Shown: positions 13,245 to 26,183 of the stretch, piece after piece | Position numbering within the stretch: the first letter of the stretch is position 1 | Layout: every line of letters begins with the position of its first letter | Assembly (NCBI GenBank): GCA_026023565.1 | Contig: JAPETS010000024.1 | Location: forward strand, 248,001 to 312,000 | DNA from: Cirrosporium novae-zelandiae | Taxonomy: Eukaryota | Direction of reading: 5' to 3' | DNA length: 64,000 nt | Notes under the pieces: model-generated | The model's database searches: none | What the model was told of the DNA's origin: nothing | Seen by the model: only the letters and a program-made list of their open reading frames with translations | Position numbers and translations under genes: made by a program

Positions 13245-14554
13245 CTAGCTATCCCATAGAATTGCAGCTGCTTGTTCAAGATTCCCTCCAGTAGCTTCAA
13301 GAGCTCTTTCCGCTTGTTCCGCCGAGAATCCCATATCTGTTAGAGCTTGTATCTTTTCGGCAGGAAAAGAATGCGCCGATGATTGTGTAGGCTGAGCCGA
13401 GGAAGGCGCTGGCCGACTAGACGAGGGAGCTGGCGCAATACCTTGGTCTTGAGCGCTGAGGGCCCCAGACTCTGCTCCAATTTGTGTTCCCCCAGGGCCT
13501 TGAACCATTGGTTCCTCGTGTGGCCTAGGTATATCTGCCTCGCCTAGGAAAGGAACTTCGTTGTCACCAAAACAGAGAAGATTTCTTTTGAGGTCAATGA
13601 CACCTTGATGTCTCTTGAGCATGTCAAGTCCGAAGAGCAGGTCCACTCCTTTACCCTCCATCACAGTAAATGAGACTGGTAGGAACATAGTCCCAACCTT
13701 GATCATAGCTGAATGAATCCGTCCAAGGATTTTTGCTGTACCAACACCGATGGCAGTTCCCTCATATCTTCGATCAATCAACCGAGTCATACCACACGTC
13801 TCCGCACAATCCGGTGATATGATGGTTGCCTGAGCACCGGAATCAACGAAAGCCTTGACTTTATGCCCATTCACCTCCACATCAACGTAAAGCATTGTAA
13901 CTCGAGCGAATGCCTCAGGGTTGTAGTCCAGCGCTGTTTGTAGATTCTCCTGAATATTTTGCTGTTGAATTAATTCTTCGATTCTCCGTTGCGCATCGGG
14001 ATCGAAGATATTATCATTCAACCGCTGAATTTCTCGTTCCCTTCTAGCTCGATCCTCCTGTCCCTCTCGCTGCCTGCTCAAATAAAATTCCCGAAATCGT
14101 TGCGAATCGTTGGCTAGGTTTGCGAGTTCAGGAGCCCGTCGCTGAATTTCTTCTCGGACTCTTGGGTCACCAAGAATTTGTAGTCGTAAACTTTCTGGAT
14201 CCGGCTCTCTTCGGGATTGAGAACGGCTTTGTGGTTGCTGTTGCGGTGGTGGTGGTGCGACCACTTGGGCTCCAAGCATATCATCGCCATTGATCCCAAT
14301 CTGTTCTAGCGTTTGAGACAAGTCTGTTAGAGGTAGGCCGTTGTGGAAAAGGTGTAATGCTGTAGATGAAATATGAGTTTCTTCTTGCACGACGGCTTTG
14401 AGGTCTCCTATGGTCATCGATGACCAAACGTCAAGGTTGAGTAGTTCATCTTCGCCTGTCGGGCTAGATACAGATATGGTCAGACGCCTAGAAGATTAGA
14501 AGTTAGTAAGACCATATTAAGATAGATGTATTGGGTAAAGAAGCAGTAATACAT
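13245..14554 (-). CDS. DDI1: DNA damage-inducible protein Ddi1 (UBL, retroviral-like aspartic protease, UBA)
   Basis: MLYVDVEVNGHKVKAFVDSGAQATI protease motif, N-terminal UBL, C-terminal UBA (LTDMGFSAEQAERAL). The start codon is split AT|G by intron 14552-14488. Confidence 0.95.
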
Positions 14555-15539
14555 GATACTTTTGGGAGAAACCTATCACTTCCTTCTAGATATCAAATAT
14601 GTAACTGTCCGATGGTAGAAAGGGTCCAGGAAATGCCGTGAAAGAATTGATAGATTAGAGATGATGACGAGGTTTCTTGATCTCTCCTTCAAATAATGCT
14701 GGTGAAAGCGACAATCTGTGGGACACGTATATGAGAACGTATGTTTGGGGCTGAGTTTGATGTTTGAGAAAGAAGCTGGTACCTAAATTAACGTCCCTGA
14801 CATACCTGACGTACGCATCAGAGCAAAGTTGGGGTCGAGGCCAGCCTTATTCCGGGGTGCCCTAAGCGCGGCTCTAGCTGTCTTGAAGCTGAGGACCATG
14901 CCCTATAAGCTCATTTTGGGCTAGCTGAATCATTAGCCTTGCTTCATAACAATCTGAAAACCCTCACACCCTCAAATGGATGCTCGTAGAAGAAGCTGAC
15001 CAATATCTGGCCCTTTCTCTCAGATGATGAGAAGAATCAACAAGAGCCAAATATCTCCATCGCTTACTAAGTTTATCCAAATACTCTACGTTGATCGTGA
15101 AGTAATTTGATGTTCAGTCTCCTTCATTTACTTTCTATCATTCACTCGTTCTACAGTTTGTAACCCCGCGGGAGGATCTACTCCAGTGTTATTTTAGAAC
15201 AAGATCCAGCAGATATGCAACACTCTGTATCTCTCGGCCGAACTTTATCGAAATGACGTCGCCAATGTCGTACTCTATCATTCGTCCCCATGACCCCCTA
15301 ATTAAGTAATATAATTTTAGACAGTTTTCGGTTTCATTTGAGATCTGTATTCGTTGTTCCCTGTCGCTGTTCGATTGTTACGTGTATCCTTATCCATGCT
15401 TTGTTGTATGCGGTTCAACCAAACTTATTGTAAATTGCCTAGGTAGTTGGCACCATAGGGTATTGCTGACGATGAAAGATATAGTATGGCGCCGTATGGT
15501 ATAGTCAAACACAAATGATAGAGTCGTTGATTGTTGAGT

Positions 15540-16344
15540 CTAGTAAGAATCCATTTGCAGCCCATATTTCGGTGCTTCTTCCTTGGGAAATTCATAAATC
15601 TATAAGAACCAACAAAGTTAGCCAAACCTGTATAGGAGCTGAACCCTATAGACTAGGCTATATTAATATCCGTGGATGCGTTCAGTCCTACGACTTACCA
15701 TATCAAACCAGCCACCACCTCCGAATTGCGCTGCGCTCTCGCCCCTTTTTACAAACCCGAAGCTTTCATAGAAAGATATCAAATGCTCGTGAGCTAATAA
15801 CGCTATGCGATCCGCAATTCCACTGTGCTTCATTCGTTCTAGGTAGCTCTTCATAAGTGTTGATCCAAGTCCTTTGCGCTGATGTTCTGTGGATATTGCC
15901 AATGAATGGAGCGCAATTGTCTTTCCCTCTTCGCGGTGACCAATTAGTGAATAGTCGGTGCTAGAGTGGCCCTCACGTGGATAGTCCATAGAACTATCGC
16001 TCACGGTAAGGGAGGTAGTCTTGGTAGAAACTATGTGGCCAAGAAGGATAGGGCTTGCTGAGGAGTTCCTCTCAAATGCGCTTGAACCTGGCGGAATAGA
16101 GTAAAGCCCTAGAGAGAGCTCTGGACAGACAGAAAGCCTGTAGATAAACTAAAGGTATATGAGCGGATGACCTTGTCGAGGCCGAGGTACTGATTAGATA
16201 CCATACTTTTTCTCGCGAGCATCTTTCATTAGCCGGAAATGCCTCATCTTCAATTTTGACACAATCTTCAACGTTTGATAAGGCGAGCACTTGCACAAAA
16301 GGATGTAACGCGTCTCTAGCGGAAGTATTGAATTCGTCGTTCAT
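15540..16344 (-). CDS. GNAT acetyltransferase (polyamine/arylalkylamine N-acetyltransferase, Paa1-like)
   Basis: EDEAFPANERCSREK|FIYRLSVCPELSLG, GHREEGKTIALHSLAI, QRKGLG acetyl-CoA motif, FYESFGF. Two introns; last exon IYEFPKEEAPKYGLQMDSY*. Confidence 0.88.
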
Positions 16345-16776
16345 ATTCGATTGTGCGTAGTTCAAGGTCTGTTGTAGGAATTGGGGGGTTGCTTTGCTGA
16401 GAACCTCTAATATTCAAAATATTACCAAAATCCCGGCAGCTGAAGGCTATTTTAATTCAAGGTAGACTACCTACTACCTATTTGTTTCAAATGGTTATTT
16501 ACTTGGGTAAATATTCAAGTACAGAAATATCCAATTTTCATAACTAGTTATCGCCTTATATTTATGGCAAACATTCATATTTAGGGCCATCGTCGTCAAA
16601 GCAACTTGCTTTTCGTAAAAGGTGAATATCAGTTTTACCATGAAAAGGCAAGGGTATCTAATGGTGCCGCCATATACAAAAATCTGAGAATAGAAAATGA
16701 AACAATGACCGTACTTTCCTATTTCCCACTTCCCATAACGCCATCCTTACCCAAATCCGACCCGACCCATGGCTGT

Positions 16777-17449
16777 TTAAACCCTTCCATTTCCATATGA
16801 TCCTTTTTCCCAGGGTGCAAACTGCATCCGACATCCATCTTTTGTTTCCCTCTCGGCCCTTGCAATATATATAATCCGACTAAGTGCTTCTGTTTCATTG
16901 GCGCTCATGCCATTGAAGTGTTTCCGTACCATTTTTGCTAATTCTTCCTTGGGGACACGGCGTCGCTGCTTTCTCACAGCCATTGTAGGCGATGAACGCC
17001 CAACTCCAGGTAAGGTAAGAAGGCGTGCGTTCATGGTACTAGAAAAGGCGCAAGGAAGGGGTAAGTGATATGCATGGCGATAGTTGTGGAGAACTGTCGT
17101 TGGGAGACTCGCCCAAGGAATCTAGTTAGGCGCGGATAAGTTAGCCATCCCCATCTACAATGGAAACCGAATCAGGTTTCGTAGGCAAATAAAAACGTAC
17201 CGAAGGGGATTGAACTGTATCTGGTCCAGGACCATGACCGTTTGCCGAAGTCAGAGGAGTTGGTCCTGATGTCCGACCCTGAAGCTCCTTGATGACAGCA
17301 ATAGCAGGATTATGGGAGGAATTGGGTTTTCGGCCTTTGTGATGGGGGTTTGTAGTATGGCCGTGGGTGTTGTGGGTATTGCGTTCTTTAGTTGAGGAGG
17401 CTTCAGAACGATTGTCTTCGACGTGAGCGCGAGCTCGAGAGGGGGCCAT
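16777..17449 (-). CDS. SAP30: Sin3/Rpd3L HDAC complex subunit Sap30 (Sin3-binding domain)
   Basis: Two exons. IPWASLPTTVLHNYRHAYHL...VPKEELAKMVRKHFNGMSANETEALSRIIY matches the SAP30 Sin3-binding domain pattern. Confidence 0.82.
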
Positions 17450-18427
17450 TGTGTGGATCTAGGTTACGTGCGGTATGAGGAAATTGGTTTAGAATTGGCG
17501 AGCATTTAAGACTAGGTGATGCACGACAAAGAATATTACTAGACTAGTCACATTGATGGACAGTAAAGAGGCTGACGTACAAGAATTGAAACCAGTGCTT
17601 TGTAGTAAACAGAAATGGAGAGCTATGGAGCTGGGAGCCGATGGAGCTTATGGAAGGAACATCTCCGCATTCGCCGAACCTCCCTCAGCGTCCTGCGCAA
17701 CAGCACTCTAACGAAACAATGAGGATTGTGAGAAAGCATGATTCAGGTTTGAGATATGTCTTCTATCAATTTAGTCTTGTGTCCAAGACTAGAAAAATAT
17801 AAATATTGCTTGGGGGCCTTTTAATAAATTCTAATATCTTTTTCTGTATACCTTCACATACTCTCTATGGTCAATGATTAACCAAATACCCTTTTCCTCG
17901 TATGAGTTAAATTGATAATATTTTATTTATTTTCTCTAGAAAATTAGCGTCTTTGCATAAAACAAACCACTGCCTTTGATCTAGAAGAGACTCGAGAGCA
18001 ATAATGCTCTATGTCATACTGGGATTACTAGAGATAGCGTTTTGCAAAACACAGTATTTTAGAGGACAATGTAAATATATCTATCGACTAAAAGGCTTGG
18101 ATACTGGAATTAATCAAAATTTGTCATAAATCGAGTATACAATCACTGTTAAGTAAAAAGTAAAAGTTCTCATGTATTTACATGTACTGTGTAATAATAG
18201 ACAATTGTCCTCTAACCCCCCACGCTCCCTTGTTCACAACACTCTAAAAGAATGTCTCCTTATGAGGAAGTTCTAGCCGAGTCTGTCATTTTGGTTTAGA
18301 ACACCACAACTGTCCTCCGTCCAACTTTCGGTAATACACCTTTTTAATACCCTGCATTTAGTTATGGGTGTTCTCTTAACTTGAAATTATCCACGCCCAT
18401 TGTTGATTTCGCACGCATAAGATTAAG

Positions 18428-21400
18428 ATGCGGCTGGACGTCAAGGTACAAAATCTCCCAATTTCCATTGACCTCTAGACCAAGAAGTTAGCAAGGATGC
18501 GCCTCCCCAAAGACAATTACTGACAGGACGTGTGCTTTCGCAGAGACAACTCTTCGCTCGCTCTGAGCGAGTCAAAGGCATTGATTTCCATCCCACCGAG
18601 CCTTGGATTCTAACAACGCTATACAGTGGTAAGCTTGTCTGCTAATCCTAGAAAACCTTACTCTCGTTTCTCACGCTCTTTAATAGGCCATGTTTATATC
18701 TGGAGTTATGAGACGCAGGCAATAGTCAAGACCTTCGAACTCACCGATGTCCCTGTCAGAGCTGGTCGTTTTATCGCCCGGAAGAACTGGATCGTTTGCG
18801 GAAGTGATGACTTCCAGCTACGAGTCTACAACTACAGTATATAATCCTTTGCACTCTGTGCGTTGAAAGACATAAACTAACTGGGTTGCAGACACATCAG
18901 AAAAGGTTACTGCCTACGAGGCTCATCCAGATTATATCCGAGCTATCGTTGGTACTATATCCTCCAGCCCATATTTCGAATACTATAGATTAACTAAGAG
19001 TCGCAGTCCACCCTACTCAACCATTCGTACTCACAGCTTCAGATGATATGACAATAAAATTGTGGGATTGGGAAAAAGGATGGAAATGTGTTCAAGTTTT
19101 TGAGGGGCATAGCCATTATGTAGGTGGTCAACATTGTTACCCTTAACATGTTTTATTAATGTTTCAACCAACCATAGGTTATGGCCTTAGCAATAAACCC
19201 GAAGGATACAAATACATGTAAGTTGAAATTTACAACATTTAGAATTATATGCTGATGAACAAAAGTTGCCTCGGCCTGCCTTGACCGCACGGTATGGTTT
19301 TATGTTATTACTACAACGGAGGATAGTACTAACGATATGATAGGTGAAAGTATGGAGTATTGGTGGTTCTGGTCATGCAAATTGGACGTTGGAAGCACAT
19401 GAAACCAAGGGGGTCAATTATGTCGAATATTATCCGATGGCAGACAAACCTTACCTACTCACAACTTCTGATGACAAGACCATCAAGGTGGGCATTTTGC
19501 CAAAAAAATGAAGTAGCTATATTCCATTACTAACATCGTAATAGGTGTGGGATTACACAACAAAGTCGCTTATAGCAACTCTAGAAGGTCATACAAGTAA
19601 TGTCTCCTTTGCTATTTACCATCCAGAACTTCCCGTTATTATATCTGGATCGGAGGATGGGACTATCAAGATATGGCATGCAAATACATACCGTCTCGAG
19701 CAGTCTCTAAATTATGGTCTGGAAAGAGCTTGGTGCTGCAGTTACCAGAGAGGAAAACAAGGGATTGCTATGGGTTTCGATGATGGAGCAGTTGTGGTCA
19801 AAATGGGTCGAGAAGAGCCTGCTGTGTCAATGGATGGATCTGGAAAACTCATATATGCAAGGCATAGTGAGGTCCTTTCAGCTGTCATACGAAACGATGT
19901 TACCGTCAAAGATGGCGCCTTACTTACTCTACCCACAAAAGATCTCGGCTCCTGTGAAATATATCCTCAAACTCTTTCACATTCTCCTAATGGCAGATTT
20001 GTTTCTGTTTGTGGGGATGGGGAGTATATAGTGTATACGGCTCTTGCGTGGCGGAATAAGGCGTTTGGATCGGCTTTAGATTTTGCATGGGGCTCGAAAG
20101 AAAACAGCAATGATTACGCTATTCGGGAATCAACAACGAGCGTGAAGATATATCGGAATTTTAGGGAGAAAGACGGTGGATTGGACGTCGGCTTTCAAGC
20201 TGAAGGTCTTACCGGAGGTGTGCTCTTGGGCGTCAAAGGGCAAGGGGGAATTGGCCTTTACGGTAAGACAGAATTATCTTGCCTTGAGGATCTTGGCTAA
20301 ACTTCACCTAGACTGGGAATCCGGAAAACTCGTGAGGCGTATTGAAGTTGATCCAAAAGAGGTGAGGCTAATCACCAATAGAAGATTTTTTAATATTCTA
20401 ACTTTGGTAGGTGTACTGGTCCGAAAGTGGTGAGCTAGTTGCGCTAGCTTGCGAAGATACATTCTATGTTTTACGGTTTTCGAGAGAAAATTACATTACT
20501 GGACTAAATGCTGGAGAGGTTGATGAAGATGGAGTTGAATCAGCTTTCGAAATTGTTACTGACATCAACGAAACAGTACGCACAGGAGAATGGGTTGGGG
20601 ATTGTTTTATGTACACCAATTCGACGAATCGATTAAATTACCTCGTTGGTGACCAAACATACACTATTTCTCACTTTGACCAACCGATGTACCTACTTGG
20701 TTATCTCCCTCGTGATGGAAAAGTCTACCTTGCGGACAAAGACGTCAATGTTGTCTCATATGCCCTATCCCTCTCAGTGGTCGAATATCAAACTCTCGTC
20801 CTTCGAGGAGACATAGACGCCGCAAACGAGCTTTTGCGGGACATCCCCGAAGACCAGAAGGGCAAGATTGCAAGGTTTTTGGAGGGTCAAGGATATAAAG
20901 ATATGGCTCTGGATGTATCCACCGACCCGGAACATAGATTTGAGCTTGCTTTAGGCTTGAATAGATTGGATATCGCTCTCCGCCTAGCCACGGAGGCAGA
21001 TGTCGATCATAAATGGAAGACCGTCGGAGATGCCGCACTAAATACATGGGATCTTGCCTTGGCTGAAGAATGCTTCCGGAACTCCAAGGATTTAGGATCT
21101 CTCCTCCTCATATATTCTTCTTCTAGCAACATCGAAGGACTTCGTGAGCTAGTAGAGTTGTCTAGTGCGGCGGGAGCGAACAACATTGCGTTTTCGTGCT
21201 TATGGCAGCTCGGTGACGTTGATGGATGTACCGATATCTTACTCCGGACGAATCGCATCGCCGAAGCTGTTCTCTTTACACAAACTTATAGACCCAGCAA
21301 GACACCCAAGGTAGCAATGCAATGGAAAGAGAGTTTGGAGAAAAACGGTAAAGGCAAGGTTGCAAAATCTATTGCTCTTCCTCCAGGAATTGATGGCTCT

Positions 21401-21592
21401 GATGATGATCTTTTCCCCGAATGGGAGGATTATTTGAGATTAGAGCAGGAGGTGCCTACGGAAAGATTGGTTGACATCAAGGCAGATGGCGAAGACGAAG
21501 AGGTTGATGGGGAAACAGAGGATGCTGATGGAACTGATGATGATACTGTAGATGGCGAAGACGAAGAATCGGTAGCTACAGCTGAGGAGTAG
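18428..21592 (+). CDS. SEC27: Coatomer subunit beta' (COPB2)
   Basis: [37 protein letters not shown]40 repeats, [12 protein letters not shown], acidic tail. About ten short introns. Confidence 0.97.
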
Positions 21593-21883
21593 GTTGAGGC
21601 CTCAGTACAACAATTTAGAAATCCAATTAACTTTCCAAGTTTCTTGCGTTTTTTATCTTTAATTTTCATTTTGCAAGCACGTAGGCCTGTGAAACAAACA
21701 CCTTTGTGAAACGTTACACTTTAAGGAGGAAGTTCTATTAACTTCTTTGCTTAAAAATGAGATTGATGCCTTAGGCCATTAAACTCACTATCAGCTTGGC
21801 GAGCCGACTTCCCTCGGAAAAGCTCTTATTTCAACCATTTCTATTTTTACATTCATATTACATTCATACTCCTGATAAGAAAA

Positions 21884-22419
21884 ATGTCAAACATATCTAT
21901 TGCTTCACTCAAACTAATATCACGCGAGCGCCTCTCTGCTTTCATCCTCTCCCATCTCCACCCAAGTTCCGCTCCCTTAGACACTTCTCCATCTGACAAC
22001 CCCAACCTAGCAATTATTGATGTGCGAGACTCGGATCATGTTGGTGGCCACATCAAAGGCTCCCAATGGGTCCCTTTTCCTACACTTGATTACCGTATTC
22101 CAGAGCTTGTACGAACGTTTAGGGATAAGAAATTTTTAATATTTCATTGTGCATTGAGTCAAGAAAGGGGCCCGAGTGCGGCATTAAGATACATGAGAGA
22201 GAGGGAGAGGATGCTCGGTGGACATGGGAAAGATGAAGAACAAGAGGTCTTTGTGTTAGATAGAGGATTTGTAGGGTGGCAGGAGATGTGAGTGGATATG
22301 TTCCAGTTTCAATTTACATTTTCTTTTGTGGTAAAATTATATTCTGACAAAGGGACAGATACGGGGAAGATGCGAGATTGACTGAAGCTTATGCAAAGGA
22401 TATATGGCTAGACTACTAA
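21884..22419 (+). CDS. YCH1: Cdc25-like/rhodanese phosphatase or arsenate reductase (Ych1/Ibp1/Acr2 type)
   Basis: IIDVRDSDHVGGHIKGS and HCALSQERGP (HCX5R) active-site motif. Intron 22288-22358, last exon YGEDARLTEAYAKDIWLDY*. Confidence 0.9.
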
Positions 22420-22855
22420 TGATAGTCCCATAATCAGTGGTGGTTGAGAGCCACGGAATTTGAAAATGATTTCCTTATTATGATGCTCATCGAAATACCA
22501 GTGACGTCATAGTTTAAAATTATTTACTTATAGTGTGCAAAGTACTCGACTATTAATACCGGAAGGCACACTTGCCTTGTCGTCCGCATCAAGATGTCCT
22601 GAGACAAAGTGAGGATTACAAAGACTATTAAAATTCTATGCCCTCCATACTTTCACCTCTAAAATTGGTTGTGATGCCGAATGCGGGTTAAAATATTTCA
22701 AACAAGAGGTTAATACAACGTGTCGAGTAACAGTCAATTACAATGTCTTAAAGGCCCTCTCTTAATTCTCAGGTTTCTGTGTAGATTACTTGCAACACTG
22801 CACGGGCTTAATACTCTTTTCCAGTATATCTCCTCAATTCATCCCTCCATCAACC

Positions 22856-25800
22856 ATGGCCCATGCTAGTGTCGATTTCCCCGACTCGCGTCGACCCTAT
22901 ACCAGCAGTTTGAAGGGTACTGACGAATCCTATCAAGGCACGTTCTATCAATGTATGGCAAGGGAGGTGTTTGGTGCTCCAATCCTGGACCATGATACTC
23001 GCAACGCCGTTCTTGACCATTACCTACGAGGCTATCTTGGATCTTTCGGCGACCAAGTTATAGTGGACTATAGAACGAAATCTCAGATGCAATATTCCCT
23101 TGACGGTACTACATTTATAGAAGCCTTGAAATCCCCGGATGTTTATCTATATTTCACTACCCTAGAGAATATTAGTTTTCGGGAGGCAGTCCTTCAAGTC
23201 ATATGCAATGCGCTTGAACGATGTATTACAATCTATAAGACCGTCGACAAATATCCTCAACGCATTATTTCGGCGACGCCTTGGTCGCAACCAATGCAAC
23301 ATCCAAGGTGCGATGTTCTCATGTGCAGATTTAACAATGGGATGCACGGGTTCTTAAATGTAATCGAATGTGGTAGTGGACGAACGTTGATGAATTATAT
23401 GCAAACACAGAAAGCTGAAAATACAAATTTGCAGATTAGAGAGCTAGTTTGGTTTCCTAGTTTTCTTTTTCAAACGAGCTATTATCAGGAGAACATTGAT
23501 ATTTCACAGACACCAAAGTATGTTTGTGACAATGAGTATAGAAATGTAAGTAACCGTTGCTCTAGCTGTAGCCGACTATATTCTGATGTTTCTGACACAA
23601 AATCTCCAGAATGCAGGTGATCAAAATGAGATCTTCCGCCAAAGGCTTACCCGAAATAAAGATATCTTGCCCGTTTATACTATCTCAATTACGGAGCCGA
23701 AAGAAATTGGACCAGCACTAAACCTTCTTGAAGAAGTTCTGGATCGGGCTCCTTGCCAGAGATTACCTGTTCCTCTAGACACTACTGATACAACAAATGG
23801 AAATTGGTGGTCACGTTGCAGGAGACTCAAACGATATGTCACTATGGACGCCGAATACGAAACAGTTTCTTTACCTAAGAGTCTATGTGACAAGGTGAAG
23901 AGTGGACGAAATAGAAACCTCTGTGAATGGATCAAATCTCACTATAGTAAGATGTCCAATAAACGAAACGAAGATTTCCAGAATTTTGAAAAACCACAAG
24001 ACGGAACCTGGGTGCACTCTGAAGCAGGGCCATCACAAAGCAGGGGGGATCCAGTTGGGGAAGACATTCTCAGGGGAAGTGAGGAACAGTTGTGTTCGGT
24101 CCTTACAGTCGCTATTGACAGACATGTATTCTTTAGCTTCTTCATACTTCACATGCTGCAGAACCCGGCTCCAGATACTGTTCCTGCTGTAAGTACTTTG
24201 GAAACCCATGGATTTCAAATCGCAAGGAAATCCGGAAGACTGATTTTAGTAGCTAGAAAGACTCTATGAGCGTACGATATTTAACACAGGCTTGGTCAAG
24301 ATCTGGTGGAATTACTGCCAAGATTTCAGTTCTCTGGATGCGACTATTGCGCACATGTATCAAGGTACGAACCGAGCTAGATTTCGGCGGCGCAGCTTAT
24401 ATACTCTACCTGGCATGGTACAGCCAACCTGGAAACTCAGCTCTTCTCATTTCGGAGGACAACGACCGCAGAATCTGAGATTTGGTAACGAGAATGATGT
24501 TAATCCTAACTGCCCCTTCCACGACAATAAACCAGGCGGGGAATATCCCAACGACCTTCCTGTGAACGAAACTGGAATTTCTTGTCCCTGTAATCTGGCC
24601 AACATTGATATGGCAACTCTTTTGGATTATTTAAACTACCAGCTGGGCTTCAAAGTCCCTGGGGGACGGAACAACCCACCACGAGAAGGCCGGGAGCTAA
24701 ACGATCCCCGCCGAAGATGGTATGAAGCGCCATATAGATACAACTATGGATTTTTATTGAAATGGACCATGAGTGAAAACAGACTATTTCCTCTTCTCTC
24801 GTATTTAAAAGACGCGCCCTTCCGAGGCTCGTTGCCACCCACAAATCAGCATATTGATCGTTCTCTCCCTCGTCAACCTTTTCGAGATCCTGTGACTAAT
24901 CGGAAACCGGATTATTCTGCATGGTACAACGCAATGAAGCCGAGCCTGCCGGGAAGACCTGGTATAGAGAGGTGTGATGATATGATAGGATATAACATCG
25001 GTGATGTAGCCGGCATTGCTCTGTTGATGCGTGCTTTGATCATGTCAGATGACAAATATCAGTAAGTTTCTTCTAAAAGGCGGATATGATATCCCAAGAT
25101 TTTGAATTTAATTGATCTTTGGATAGATTTTTATCTCGCCTAGCAAATTATGGGGCGGGTAATTATTGTGAAGACAGGCAAGAGGAATGGGGAGTCAACC
25201 ACTGGAAAACCGAGGGTAACGTAACTTCCAACGTCAGGCAGTTCTTGAGACATGGCCGTACTCGACGAGCAGCACACGACGACAATCCCAAGAAGAGGGT
25301 ATTTTCGAAAATGACTGTAGCATCTCAAGTCGATTGCTACCCAAATCATTTAGAGGATCAGAATGTCCGGGACCAACGTTATCGACGAATGGCTGAGCAG
25401 AGATGTTTCAATAACACATATATATGCAACGTTTACAATGGACCATTTCACGCATTAAACGGGTTTAAATGGCCTGATAGACTTCCGTACGTAGAGTCTA
25501 ATATAAAGATTAGAGAAGCGCGGGAGTTAGCTGTGAATAAAAAGATCAGGACCCAATTGCCCGACGGAACCGGGGGTCTGCGCGACTATGGAGAGGGCGA
25601 GGCAGCCCGTAAGTCTGGCGAGTATACAATTTTCAACCCAACGAGGTTCGTCCTGCCAGACATTATGACGGAAGTCGACGACAGGTCCCGTCCCCTAGGC
25701 TGGGACCCCCACCCACCGGACTGGATAACCAAAACAGAGGACCTCAACGAACTAATACTCTCGAACGAGCGGAATTCGGACGTTTTGAGAAATCTACCTG

Positions 25801-26183
25801 GCCTGCAAAACATCTACGCCAAAATACCAGGTCCTCTCACCGTGGTAGACGAGATGGCCGAAAACACGGATCCAGTTTGGCTGCTGCATCCGAGCCAAAC
25901 GCCCGAGGGAGACGGGAGGGGGATCGATCCAGCGATATGGAGTTACAGGTGCGAGATCCGGGAACTGTGGGAGCAGTCGCAACGAAACTTTACTCATACT
26001 GTTCCGGAGCCCTGGTACGGGGAACTAGCACTACCGCCCTTCGCCGACGACTATAGGTATCACCTTCAAAGACTTGTGGACCTCTATCAGTATCCCCCAG
26101 AGCCTTCTCCCCCAGAGGATCTGCTTTATTTCCTTATGAAACATAAGTTCCAGGTGGCATCAAGCGCAGCTCCGCCTACTTGA
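22856..26183 (+). CDS. Orphan ~1044-aa protein: degenerate OTU-like N-terminal domain, DEDDy-type 3'-5' exonuclease-like domain, unknown C-terminal domain
   Basis: Four ORFs join in phase through three 64-65 nt GTAAGT...YAG introns (23546-23609, 24189-24252, 25062-25126). Motifs seen by eye: YVTMDAEY (ExoI), LVKIWWNYCQDFSSL (ExoII), GYNIGDVAGI (ExoIII). The gene structure is firm; the domain calls are inference. Confidence 0.75.
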
